A DNA stretch of 64,000 bases, from the NCBI GenBank assembly GCA_963842945.1, contig CAWJIM010000021.1:128001-192000 (forward strand), given 5' to 3'. This DNA comes from an uncultured Gemmatimonadales bacterium (GTDB taxonomy: Bacteria; Gemmatimonadota; Gemmatimonadetes; Gemmatimonadales; GWC2-71-9). Position numbers and translations under genes: made by a program. This document shows positions 1 through 9,925 of this stretch, in pieces; the stretch's first letter is position 1; each line of letters begins with the position of its first letter. The notes under the pieces were generated by a model, which saw nothing but the letters and a program-made list of their open reading frames with translations, searched no databases and had not been told where the DNA came from.

Positions 1-684
1 TCCCCAGCGGACCAGGGCAGCACCCAGAACGATCATGAAGAGGGGAAGCAGAAGGTTGTTCAGGGCGGCGACCGGCGCCACCGCCGCGGTGACGTTCCGG
101 AACATGCCGACCAGGCCACAGCACGCGGTAACGATGCCGAGCCAGCCGATCCAGCGGGGCCAGGGTGACCGCAGCCAGACGATCGAGGTGAGCAGGAAGA
201 AGAGACTGAAGGAGACCTCCCCCAGAAATTCACCGATGTAGTTCCCCAGATACACATTCAGGCCGTCGAACACCGAGGCGAGAACGGCTCGCTCCGGCGG
301 TCCGGCCTGCTCGAACGCCATCGCCAGATGCCAGTGGACCGTGGGCCAACGCATCAGCCCCAGCATCATGGCGAGGGCCGCAACCACCGCGAACTGGAGC
401 GCGAGCAGCATCGCGCCGCGCCGGTGTGGGGCGAGCGCCTCGTAGGCGGCCACCCCGGCCGGGAGCCAGATCAGCGGGAGGAAGGCGTAGATCGCCCAGA
501 CCACGCGGCCCTGCGGCCCGGTGGCCAGAAGGTTGGGCAGCACCGCTGCCGCGGGGCCATCGAGCACGTCGGGGTAGTTGAACCGGGCAGCGAGGTAAGT
601 AAAGACCGCAAGGAACACGACGGCGCCGCCGGCCAGACAGAAGCCTCCGAATCGGATCACGGCGCGAGTCGTCACCGGCTTCAT
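1..684 (-). CDS. DUF4386-like integral membrane protein (3' end outside window)
   Basis: Translated by hand because it is absent from the ORF track (no stop in the window): MKPVTTRAVIRFGG...ARFNYPDVLDGPA...GLMRWPTVH...NVYLGNYIGEFLG. It has several TM helices. The ATG at 684 overlaps the TGA of the upstream gene. Confidence 0.7.
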   Translation of the reverse strand, partial: MKPVTTRAVIRFGGFCLAGGAVVFLAVFTYLAARFNYPDVLDGPAAAVLPNLLATGPQGRVVWAIYAFLPLIWLPAGVAAYEALAPHRRGAMLLALQFAVVAALAMMLGLMRWPTVHWHLAMAFEQAGPPERAVLASVFDGLNVYLGNYIGEFLGEVSFSLFFLLTSIVWLRSPWPRWIGWLGIVTACCGLVGMFRNVTAAVAPVAALNNLLLPLFMIVLGAALVRWG

Positions 685-1178
685 GCAAACTGTCGGGAGG
701 CCGCCCGGAGCATCTGGAGCAGGTGCAGCTCGCGCTGCAGCGCGTGCCACCGATTTCTTTCCGCCTCCATTACCCGGTCATACCCGTCACCACCCTCGGC
801 AATCTGTTGCTGCCGTAGCCAGGCAAACTTCTGATTCATCCGCCCCAGCTCAGCCGCAAGCCGCTCGATTTCCCGCTCCAGCCGGCGAAGCTCGCCCGGC
901 GAAAGCACCCAGAACGTATCGGAGTACTGTTCGGCCCTGAGCGCCGGGTTCCGATCCGCGCACCGGAGACAGGGGCCGGCGGGCGTGAGATCGAGGGCAT
1001 CTGCCATCTCCTGGCAGACTGGGCAGGTCACCACCCCCGAGGATTCAGCCAGGTTGGTCCGGGTGACTGAGAAAGACGCGTCCCCGAGCGGGAGCGCAGC
1101 CTCGAGGGACGGCACGGTGCCGAGGGAGAGCCCGGCAGCGGCGGCGGCAAGTCGGCCCACCGCGGAGCGGCGTTGCAT
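681..1178 (-). CDS. Hypothetical protein with twin-Arg-like N-terminus, CxxC-x15-CxxC motif and C-terminal coiled coil
   Basis: MQRRSAVGRLAAAAAGLSLG...TCPVCQE...GPCLRCAD...ELRRLEREIERLAAELGRMNQ. GGAAAGGA precedes the ATG. It has an ATGA overlap with the next gene. Confidence 0.6.
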   Translation of the reverse strand: MQRRSAVGRLAAAAAGLSLGTVPSLEAALPLGDASFSVTRTNLAESSGVVTCPVCQEMADALDLTPAGPCLRCADRNPALRAEQYSDTFWVLSPGELRRLEREIERLAAELGRMNQKFAWLRQQQIAEGGDGYDRVMEAERNRWHALQRELHLLQMLRAASRQFA

Positions 1179-1211
1179 AGCGGTTTCCTTTCCGGACGCC
1201 TTTTCTAGATT

Positions 1212-2649
1212 GTGGAGGTGGCCAGCAAGATAACCGCCGTTCCGCAGTACGTCCGCGGCCTGATCGACGCGCGACCCTTCGGCATTGCCTCCGTAACCGA
1301 GTTCGGCGCGCTGAACGACGGGAGAGCGGATTGTACCGCCGCCTTCAATGCAGCACTCGCCAGCCCGGCCCGCCTGGTGGTGGTCCCGCCCGGGTTCTAC
1401 CGGATCACTTCTCCCCTCAAGATTCCCTGCAACACCGGCAAGTGGATGCTGGGGCTGGGTGGCGCCAAATCGGTGGCGCTCACCGTCGCAATGGCGCGCC
1501 GGTAACGCCGGACGGGCCGCGATCGAATACACCCACGACGCGAGCAAGCAGCCCAATCATGCCGGCTGCGTCCTGCAGAACCTCCACGTCATCGGCAACA
1601 ACTCGGTTTGCCATGGCGTTCATCTGCAAGAGGTGTCCTATCCCGTCCTGCAGAATGTGATCATCGAGGGCTTCGACGGCGCCGGACTCCTGCTCGACAA
1701 GTGCCAGGATGGATCCTTCAACAATCTTGCGCTGGTGGATTGCGGCCGGACCGCGGGAGACCCCACCAGGAACGCCGATACCGAGTACGCGCCGCTCCAT
1801 CTGATCAGCACGATTGCCAACGATCACTGCAACATGCTCCGCTTCAGCGACTGCCAGCTGGAGAACAATCGGGTATCGCCCTACATCTGGATCAACGACG
1901 CGGGGCCCATCGGCATCTGGTTCGACCGGATCCACGCGGAGAACGCCAACCCTCATGCCGGGCAGGACTTGCTTCGCTCCGCCGGGGGCGACTGCCATTT
2001 TGCCGGGATTGCGGCGGTTGGCTTTCGCGAGGGGTTCATCCTCGAGGGCTACGGCAATGTCACCTTTTCGGACTGCCGGGCACTGATCAGCGTGATCGGG
2101 CCCAGCAACGTCGTGGGCAGCATCCGGATGGCGAACGTGCGCTGCGGGCGGCTCTCCTGGACCAGTCTGGCCGGCCCGTCCTCCTTCATCAATTCCACTA
2201 TCGGCGACGTGAGCATCAGCTGGCCGGCTCTGGGGCCCACGATCTTTACCGCCTGCTCGCTCGGACGGGTCCGGATCGAGCACGCCGGCGCCGGCCATCC
2301 CGGGGTTCGGTTCTTCAACTGCACCATGGCCGGCTACGCCACCGACGGCGGGGCCAGCGACCAGTGGCTCATCGACTGCATCGTGAATGGGGACGTTGCC
2401 GCTCAGGCCAGGCTCTCCCGTCTCGAGAACAACACCATCAGCGGGTCGGTCGACGTCAACAAGGTGGAATCGTCCTATATCCCCAATCTGAAGACCATCC
2501 ACGACACCGCTCCTCCCACAGCCGGCTCCTGGCAGGTGGGCGACAAAGTCTGGCACTCGGCTCCGTCACCCGAGGGGAACGTCGGCTGGGTCTGCGTGGC
2601 TGCCGGCACGCCCGGGACATGGAAAGAGTTCGGCCACATTTCGGGGTGA
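1212..2649 (+). CDS. Right-handed beta-helix protein (Pectate_lyase_3-type N-terminus) with phage tailspike-like C-terminal module; one frameshift near 1495
   Basis: SVTEFGALNDGRADCTAAFNAAL...VVVPPGFYRI in 1212..1505 continues in 1348..2649 as beta-helix rungs. C-terminus PPTAGSWQVGDKVWHSAPSPEGNVGWVCVAAGTPGTWKEFG. Confidence 0.75.
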
Positions 2650-2695
2650 CCGCCCGCTTACCTTTCAGGGAACCGAAGAACTCAGGGAGAAGCAG

Positions 2696-3232
2696 ATGAG
2701 CCAGGAGAACAGAGCCACCCATTCGGCCGTTGCCGGTGCTCAGCAGACCGAGGTAGCCGTGCTGGCCGGCGGCTGCTTCTGGGGTGTCGAGGAGATTCTG
2801 CGCAAGGTGCCGGGAGTGATCGACACCGACGTCGGGTACACCGGCGGCTGGGTGGAAAACCCGACGTACGAGGACACCCACGACAGCAAGTCGGGTCACG
2901 CCGAGGCAATTCGGGTGACCTTCGATCCGTCGGTGCTGAGCTATGAAGACCTGCTGGAGAACTGGTTCTTCCGGCTGCACGACCCGACCACGCTGAACCG
3001 CCAGGGCAACGACACCGGAACTCAGTACCGTTCGGCGATCTTTCCTCAGACGCCGGAGCAGAAGGAGACCGCGGAGCGGGTGAAGGCTCGAGTCGACGCG
3101 TCGGGTAAATGGAAGCGGCCGATCACGACCACCATCGAGCCCGCCTCCACCTGGTACAGCGCCGAGAGCTATCACCAGGACTACCTGCGGAAGCATCCGG
3201 GCGGATACAGCTGCCACTACCTGCGGGACTAA
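2696..3232 (+). CDS. msrA: Peptide-methionine (S)-S-oxide reductase
   Basis: GCFWG active site, GHAEA, RQGND.GTQYRS, AESYHQDY motifs. Confidence 0.95.
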   Translation: MSQENRATHSAVAGAQQTEVAVLAGGCFWGVEEILRKVPGVIDTDVGYTGGWVENPTYEDTHDSKSGHAEAIRVTFDPSVLSYEDLLENWFFRLHDPTTLNRQGNDTGTQYRSAIFPQTPEQKETAERVKARVDASGKWKRPITTTIEPASTWYSAESYHQDYLRKHPGGYSCHYLRD

Positions 3233-3307
3233 GGCGTCCATGCGTCACGATTAGGTAACTGCCTTCCTGACGCCGCATGCCGGATCTTGCGGCGGCCGCC
3301 TTTTTCC

Positions 3308-3327
3308 TATTAATTGGCCATTCAATA
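3308..3327. promoter_or_regulatory. Candidate TetR operator (imperfect palindrome)
   Basis: AT-rich dyad TATTAATTGGCCATTCAATA about 55 bp upstream of the tetR-RND operon. Confidence 0.4.
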
Positions 3328-3334
3328 AGGTTTA

Positions 3335-3369
3335 GCCGGGCCGTCTGGCGGCGGCCCGCTTTCTTTTCC
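3335..3369 (+). terminator. Hairpin followed by T-rich tract (terminator or attenuator)
   Basis: GGGCCG...CGGCCC stem followed by TTTCTTTT, between msrA and tetR. Confidence 0.4.
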
Positions 3370-3382
3370 GTCGAGGTTTGAT

Positions 3383-4060
3383 GTGGCAAGCAGTTCGGTA
3401 CCACTGCAGCGGGGCCCCAGGTGGCAGCGCCGGCCCGACCTTCGTCGGGGAGAGATTCTGGACAGCGCGGTGCTCGCCTTCGGCCAGAACGGTTACAAGC
3501 GGACCACCCTGGCCGATGTGGCCGAACGGGCCGGGGTCTCTCCCGGAACCGTCTCCCACTATTTCGGATCCAAGGCCGCCCTCTTCGAGGAAGTGGTCGC
3601 GGAGCGGCTGATGCCGTCAATCGAGATCGAAGAAGCCAGTCTTGCCCACCACCAGCGGTCCGCGGTGGAACCTTCTGGAGCAGCTGCTGCGCCGCTTCTG
3701 GGAGCTCGCCTGGCAACCGGGAACTCTGAACCTGCTGCAGGTGGTTAAGGTCGAGAGCTCCGAGTTTCCGGAGTCGGGACGTCTGCTCTGCCGGCAACTG
3801 GGCGATCGCTGGCGCAAACTCTACTCGACCATTCTGCTGGCCGGAATGAAGACCGGTGAATTTCGCCCTATGGACGTGAAGGTGACGGCGCGCGTCATCA
3901 GCTATGCCGTGCTGGGAGTGGCGGACAAGGTCTCCAGCTTCGGTCCCTACGACGCCACGATGCCGGAGCGAGAGGTGATGTGGCTAGGCGGTGCGTGAAA
4001 TGGTGAGCCGGTTCGTGCTGGCTCGGCCGGCAAAAGCAGGAAAAAGGAGATTCCAAGTGA
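3383..4060 (+). CDS. TetR/AcrR family transcriptional regulator (frameshifts near 3660 and 3990; end approximate)
   Basis: ILDSAVLAFGQNGYKRTTLADVAERAGVSPGTVSHYFGSKAALF helix-turn-helix. The C-domain continues in 3642..3998 (GMKTGEFRPMD). Confidence 0.88.
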
Positions 4061-5235
4061 GTCCACTGAACGGTGCGCGCCCGGGCGCGCTCGCGATCCT
4101 GGCCGGCGCTGCCGTGCTGGGCTCCGGCTGCAAGAAGAACGCGGCTCCCCCGGCGCCGCCTCCGCCGGAAGTTGCCGTGGTATCGGTGCAGCCCCAGCGG
4201 CTTCCCACCGCTTTCGAGTTCACCGGGGAGGTGGAGCCCTACCGGCGGGTGGAGGTGCGCTCGCGGATCGACGGCATCATCGAGGCGCGGCCCTTCACCG
4301 AGGGCAGCGTGGTGAAGCCGGGCCAGGTGCTCTATCGGATCGAGCAGATCCGGCCGGAGGCGGCCTACCAGTCGGCGCTGGCCCGGGCGCAGAACGCCAA
4401 GCGCACCCTGGACCGGCTGCAGCCGCTGGTGAAGGAGAACGCGGTGGCGCAACAGGACGTGGACAATGCCGAGGCTGAGCTGAGAGCGGCTCAGAGCGAT
4501 CTGGCCGAGACCAAAAAGAACCTGGACGATGCCGTGGTGCGCGCCGGGATCGAGGGCCGGGTGGGCCGGACCAATTTCGAGGTCGGCGCCAGGGTCACCG
4601 GCACGGATGACCTGCTCACCACTATCGATGTGGTGGATCCGGTGTACGTGAGCTTCCGTCCCACGGCGCAGCAGCTCATCACCTGGAAGCAGGATCCCGA
4701 AGCCAGCAAGCTGATCCGGCCGGGGAGCTCGCTCTCGGTTCAGGTCACCCTGCCCGAAGGCACCACCCTGGCCGCGGACCGGGTAAGCTCGACTTTGTCG
4801 CCCCCTCGCTGGATCCCGGCACCGGGACTCAGGAGTTCCGGGCGCTCGTTCAAAAACTCTGACCACCTGCTGGTGCCCGGCCAGTTCGTCCGGGTCCGGC
4901 TCACCGGCTTCACCCAGGACAGCGCGCTGGCCATTCCTCAGCGCGCGGTGCAGCAGGCGCTGGGACGCCAGTTCGTTCTGGTCGTCGCCAAGGGCGACAC
5001 CGTCGTGTCCCGCGACGTGCAGCCCGGACCCTGGAGCGGCAATCTCTGGATCATCGATAAAGGCCTGAGTCCCGGCGACCGGGTGGTGGTGGACGGAGTG
5101 CAGAAGGCGGCGCCCGGCCGGCAGGTCAGGGCCGTCGCATTGGCCGACAGCGCGCTGGCCGGGCCGGAGGAAACCGCCGCGGTTGGCGGACCTGCCGGCA
5201 GCAACGTGAGACCCACGACGGGAACTACAAAATGA
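4057..5235 (+). CDS. RND efflux periplasmic adaptor (AcrA/MexA-like lipoprotein); local frameshifts near 4780-4850
   Basis: Lipobox VLGSGC, VEVRSRIDGII, FTEGSVVKPGQVLY, GLSPGDRVVVDG. AGGAGA RBS before GTG 4057. Confidence 0.92.
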   Translation: MSPLNGARPGALAILAGAAVLGSGCKKNAAPPAPPPPEVAVVSVQPQRLPTAFEFTGEVEPYRRVEVRSRIDGIIEARPFTEGSVVKPGQVLYRIEQIRPEAAYQSALARAQNAKRTLDRLQPLVKENAVAQQDVDNAEAELRAAQSDLAETKKNLDDAVVRAGIEGRVGRTNFEVGARVTGTDDLLTTIDVVDPVYVSFRPTAQQLITWKQDPEASKLIRPGSSLSVQVTLPEGTTLAADRVSSTLSPPRWIPAPGLRSSGRSFKNSDHLLVPGQFVRVRLTGFTQDSALAIPQRAVQQALGRQFVLVVAKGDTVVSRDVQPGPWSGNLWIIDKGLSPGDRVVVDGVQKAAPGRQVRAVALADSALAGPEETAAVGGPAGSNVRPTTGTTK

Positions 5236-8200
5236 CGCAGCCACGCGCAGTGCCCCCCGCCGGGGCGGACGACGACGAGGTCCACTACTTCTTCATCAAG
5301 CGGCCGGTTCTCGCCATCGTCATCAGCCTGATCATCACGCTCCTGGGCGTGTTCGCCATCCGGCTGCTGCCGATCTCGCGCTATCCCCAGATCACGCCGC
5401 CGGCAGTCCAGGTTCAGGCGGTATTCCCCGGTGCCACGGCTGAGGATGTGGCGGAGGCGGTGGCCGCGCCGATCGAGGCGCAGCTGTCCGGGCTTGCAGG
5501 GTCTCCTCTACTACTCGTCGGCCAACGCCAGCGACGGCACGATGAGCCTGCAGATCTACTTCGACGTCAACCGAAGCCAGGACCTGGCCGCGGTCGACGT
5601 GCAGAATGCGGTCAAGCTGGCCGAGCCCCAGCTGCCCGACGCGGTTCGCCAGAACGGGATCACCATCCTCAAGGCCAACACCGACATTCTGGGCGTGGTC
5701 TCGCTCACCTCGGACGATCCCCGCTACGACGCAGCGTTCCTCACCAATTACATGAAGCTGTACGTCGAAGACGAGATCAAGCGCACCCCCGGGATCGGCA
5801 ACGCGCTGGTCTTCGGTGGCCTCGAGTTCTCCATGCTGATCCAGCTGGATCCGGATCGGATGGCGCAGCTCGGGATTACCACTGGCGACGTCGCCGCGGC
5901 GGTGCGGGAGCAGAACGCGACCAGTCCCGCGGGCCGCCTGGGACGCGAGCCTGCTCCCGAAGGGACCGAGCTGACGTTGCCGGTGACCACGCTGGGCCGG
6001 CTCAAGACTCCGGAACAATTCGCCGACATCGTGGTCCGGGCCAAGGAGGATGGTTCCATTGTTCGGATCCGTGACATCGGCAAGGTCGTCCTTGGCTCTC
6101 GCAACTACGATCTGGCGGGCCGGCTTGAACGGCACCCCGGTGGCACCGATGCTGTTGTACCTTCGCGCGGGAGCCAACGCGCTCGCGGCCAAGGAAGCGG
6201 TGGTCAAGCGGATGGGCGAGCTGTCCCACAGCTTCCCCAGAGGCGTGCACTACAAGGTGCCCTTCGACACCACACCCTTCGTCACCGCCTCCATTCACGA
6301 GGTGGTGGAGACGCTCCTGATCGCCATGGCCCTGGTGACCCTGGTGGTCTTCCTCTTCCTCCAGAGCTGGCGGGCTACGCTGATCCCGATGCTCGCGGTC
6401 CCGGTGAGCGTGGTCGGAACGTTCGTGGGCCTGCTGATGCTCGGCTTCACCATCAACGTGCTGACCCTGTTCGCGCTGGTGCTGGCCATCGGCATCGTGG
6501 TCGATGACGCGATCGTCGTCATCGAGAACACCGAGCGACTCATGGCCGGCGGTGACTGCCTGCCGCCCCGTCTGGCCGCCGATCGGGCGATCCGGCAGGT
6601 GGCCGGCGCGCTGGTGGCAATCGTGCTGGCGCTCTGTGCCGTTTTCGTTCCGGTGGCGTTTCTGGGCGGGGTGACGGGCGAGATGTTCAAGCAGTTCGCG
6701 GTCACACTGGTGATCGCGGTGCTGCTCTCCGGTCTGGTGGCGCTGACGCTCACGCCGGCCCTCTGTGCCTTGCTCCTCAAGGGCTGCAACGAGGATAACA
6801 CCAGCGGATTCTTCGGCTGGTTCAACCGGAAGTTCCACAGCCTCACCGACCGCTACGTCAACGGGGTGGGCCGCGTGCTGGGCCGTCCCCGCGTGTGGCT
6901 GGCGGCGTTCGTGGTGATGGTGGCGCTGGCGATCACCCTCTGGAAGCGGGTGCCCACCGGGTTCATTCCCACCGAGGATAAGGGCTACTTCGCCATCGCC
7001 ATGCAGCTGCCCGATGCCTCGTCGCTGCAGCGCACCAGGGCGGTGATCCAGCGGGTCGAGGGATTCCTCCACGAGGAGCCCGCGGTGGTGAACGTGGTGG
7101 CGTTTGCCGGACTCGACGTGCTCACCCGCACCAACCAGACCAACAGTGCCACGATCTTCATCCTGCTCAAACCCTGGGACGAGCGGGGAAAGGACGAATC
7201 GATCGAGGCCATCACCGGACGAATTAACGGCAAGCTGTTCGGGATGAAGGACGCGGTCGGCTTCGCCTTCAACCTGCCGGAGATCCCGGGACTGGGCTCG
7301 ACCTCGGGCGTGGAAGTCAACCTGCAGAACCGCTCCGGCAAGGACGTCCGCGACTTCGCGCAAAATGTGCAGGCCTTCCAGGCCGCGGTGAATCAGCTGC
7401 CCGCGGTGCAGGCAATGACCACCAACTTCCGGGCCAACGTGCCCCAGCTGTATCTCGACGTAGACCGGGCCACCGCCAAGTCTCGGGGGGTGAGTCTCAC
7501 GGAGCTGTTCAGCACCTTGCAGACGTTCCTCTCCACGTTGTACATCAACGACTTCAACCTCTACGGCCGGACCTACCGGGTGCAGGCGGAGGCGCAGCCC
7601 CAGTTCCGCCGGAACCCGGAGGATATCGGACGGCTCTACGTCCGGGGCCGCAATCAGGAGATGATCCCGGTCTCCGCCCTGGTACGGACCGAGTTCCGGA
7701 GTGGTCCCACCCAGTTGCTCCGGTTCAATGGCTTTGGCTCGGCGCTCTTCACCGGCACCCCCAAACAGGGTCGCAGCTCGGGTGAGGTGATGCATGAGAT
7801 CGATCAGCTGGTGGCCGAGCAGTTTGAGCCGCAGGGCGTCGGCATCGGGTACTCCGGGCAATCGTTCCAGGAGCGCGCCGCCTCCGGGCAGGCAGGCCTG
7901 GTCTTCGCTCTCGGTCTGGTCATCGTGTTCCTGGTGCTCGCCGCGCAGTACGAGAGCTGGTCGATTCCGTTCGCGGTGCTCTTCGGGGTGCCGTTCGGGG
8001 CGCTCGGCGCACTGCTGGGGGTGTGGCTCCGGGGACTGCCCAGCGACATCTACTTCCAGGTGGGACTGATCACCGTGGTGGGGCTGGCGGCAAAGAACGC
8101 CATTCTGATCGTGGAATTTGCCAACGAGATTCGCCAGCGGGGTACCAGCCTCAGGGAGGCCGCGCTCGAGGCGGCCCGGGAGCGTTTTCGCCCCATTCTC

Positions 8201-8446
8201 ATGACCTCGTTCGCCTTCATCCTCGGCGTGTCGCCGCTGGTCATTGCGAGCGGGGCCGGCGCCGGTAGCCGGCATTCGCTGGGCACCGGGGTCTTCTTCG
8301 GGATGCTGTTCGCTACCACGATCGGCATCTTCTTCATCCCGCTTTTCTTCAGCACCATCCGTGGATTGGCCGAGCGGGGCTTCTCCCGCAGGGCGGCCGG
8401 CGCGCGCGAGCCGGTGCCCGCACCTGCCTCGCCGGAGGCAAAATGA
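5232..8446 (+). CDS. RND efflux permease, HAE1 (AcrB/MexB-like); frameshifts near 5490 and 6120
   Basis: FFIKRPVLAIVIS, AIGIVVDDAIVVIEN, GLAAKNAILIVEFA, RFRPILMTS. Confidence 0.95.
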
Positions 8447-9922
8447 TTCGCCAAGTCCTTACGCTGATCCTGGCGTCTGTGGCGGCGGCTTGCGCCGTCG
8501 GCCCGAACTACCATCCGGAGCCAGTGGTTCCGGAGAAGACGCAAGTGGGAACCGCCGGCTCCTCCCCCTCCGCTCGGCAGTTCTTTGATTCCCTGGCGGC
8601 AGCCCGGGATAGCGACACCGTCTCGGTCACCGCCAAGCCGGCGGCACGGGTGGTGTTGCCCGATTCGTTGCCCGGCCTCGCCTGGGTGGACGTGTTTCGC
8701 GACTCAACTTTGCTCGATCTTACGAAGCTCGCGCTGGTGCAGAACCGGGATCTCCAGACCGCCATCAGCCGGATTCGCGAGTTCCGGGCCGATGTCGGAA
8801 TCGCTCGAGCACCCCTGTTCCCCAGCATCAGTGCCAACGGCAGTGTGAGTACCAACCAGGTTGCGATCGGCTCGTTTCCTCCAACCCAGTTCGACGCCTG
8901 GCGGGTTACGGCAGACGTGGCATGGGAGCTGGACTTCTGGGGACGCACCCGTCGGGGCATCGAGGCCGCCAATGCCGATCTGGCCTCCACCGAGGCGAGC
9001 CAGCGTGCGGTGGTTCTCTCCCTGGTAAGCGACGTAGCGCTCTCCTATCTGTCACTGGTTGAGCTCGACCAGGAGCGGACGCTCTCGGAGCGAACGCTGG
9101 CCTCGCGCACCGCCACGCTGGAGCTGGCTCGGCGGAGATTCCGCCAGGGATTGACCTCGGAGCTGGACGTGCGGCAGTTCGAGGCCCAGGTCGCGGTGCC
9201 GGCAGCGGCATTGGCTGCTACCGAGCGTTTCCGGGCCCAGCAGGAGCACGCGCTGAGCCTCCTGCTGGGGCAAGCACCCGCTCCGATAACCCGACGCAAA
9301 GATCTCGCGGGAATAGTGAACGCTCTCGAGGTGCCGGACTCGCTTCCTGCCGCTCTCCTCACCCGGCGGCCTGACGTTCAGGCGGCGGAACGGGCGTATG
9401 CCGCGGCTACGGCACGTATCGGCGTCGCCCAGGCTGCCCGGCTGCCTCAGATCACGATCACCGGCTATTACGGAACTCAGGTGGCCGAGGCCAGCAGGCT
9501 CTTCATCTCGAATGGAGAGGTGTACCAGGCTCTCGCCGGGGTCTCCCTGCCGATCTTCACCGGTGGCAGGCTCATCAATGAGACTCGAGCAGCAAGGGCC
9601 CGGGCCGATCAGGCACGATTGCAGTACGAGCAGAGTTTTTTGATCGCGCTTGCGGGAAGCGAGTGATGCGCTGGCGGGAGTGCGCACGACGCGGGATCAG
9701 GTGGTCGCACAGGAAACTCAGACCTTTGCCCTCCGCCGGGGGTTGCAGCTGGCTGAGCTGAGATATCGGACCGGTATTGCGAACTATCTCGAGGTTCTGG
9801 ACGCGCAGCGGAGCCTTTTCGCCGCTGAGCTGGCGCTGAGCCAGGCGCAGCTCGAGCAGCTATCGTCGGCAGTGCAGCTGTATCGCTCGCTGGGAGGCAG
9901 CTGGCCCGTGTCCGGGAAGTAA
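8443..9922 (+). CDS. Efflux outer-membrane factor (OprM/NodT family lipoprotein); frameshift near 9650
   Basis: Lipobox AAAC, WELDFWG, RRPDVQAAE, YLEVLDAQRSL, LYRSLGGSW. Confidence 0.93.
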
Positions 9923-9925
9923 GAG

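Noticed and set aside
3991..4060. Apparent TetR tail fused to the RND adaptor
   Set aside because: One extra A in the GGAAAAAGG run explains it; the adaptor has its own RBS, GTG and lipoprotein signal.
6002..8275. Long antisense ORFs (also 38486..40456, 16008..17351, 43531..44664)
   Set aside because: Shadow frames of high-GC genes with no protein motifs.
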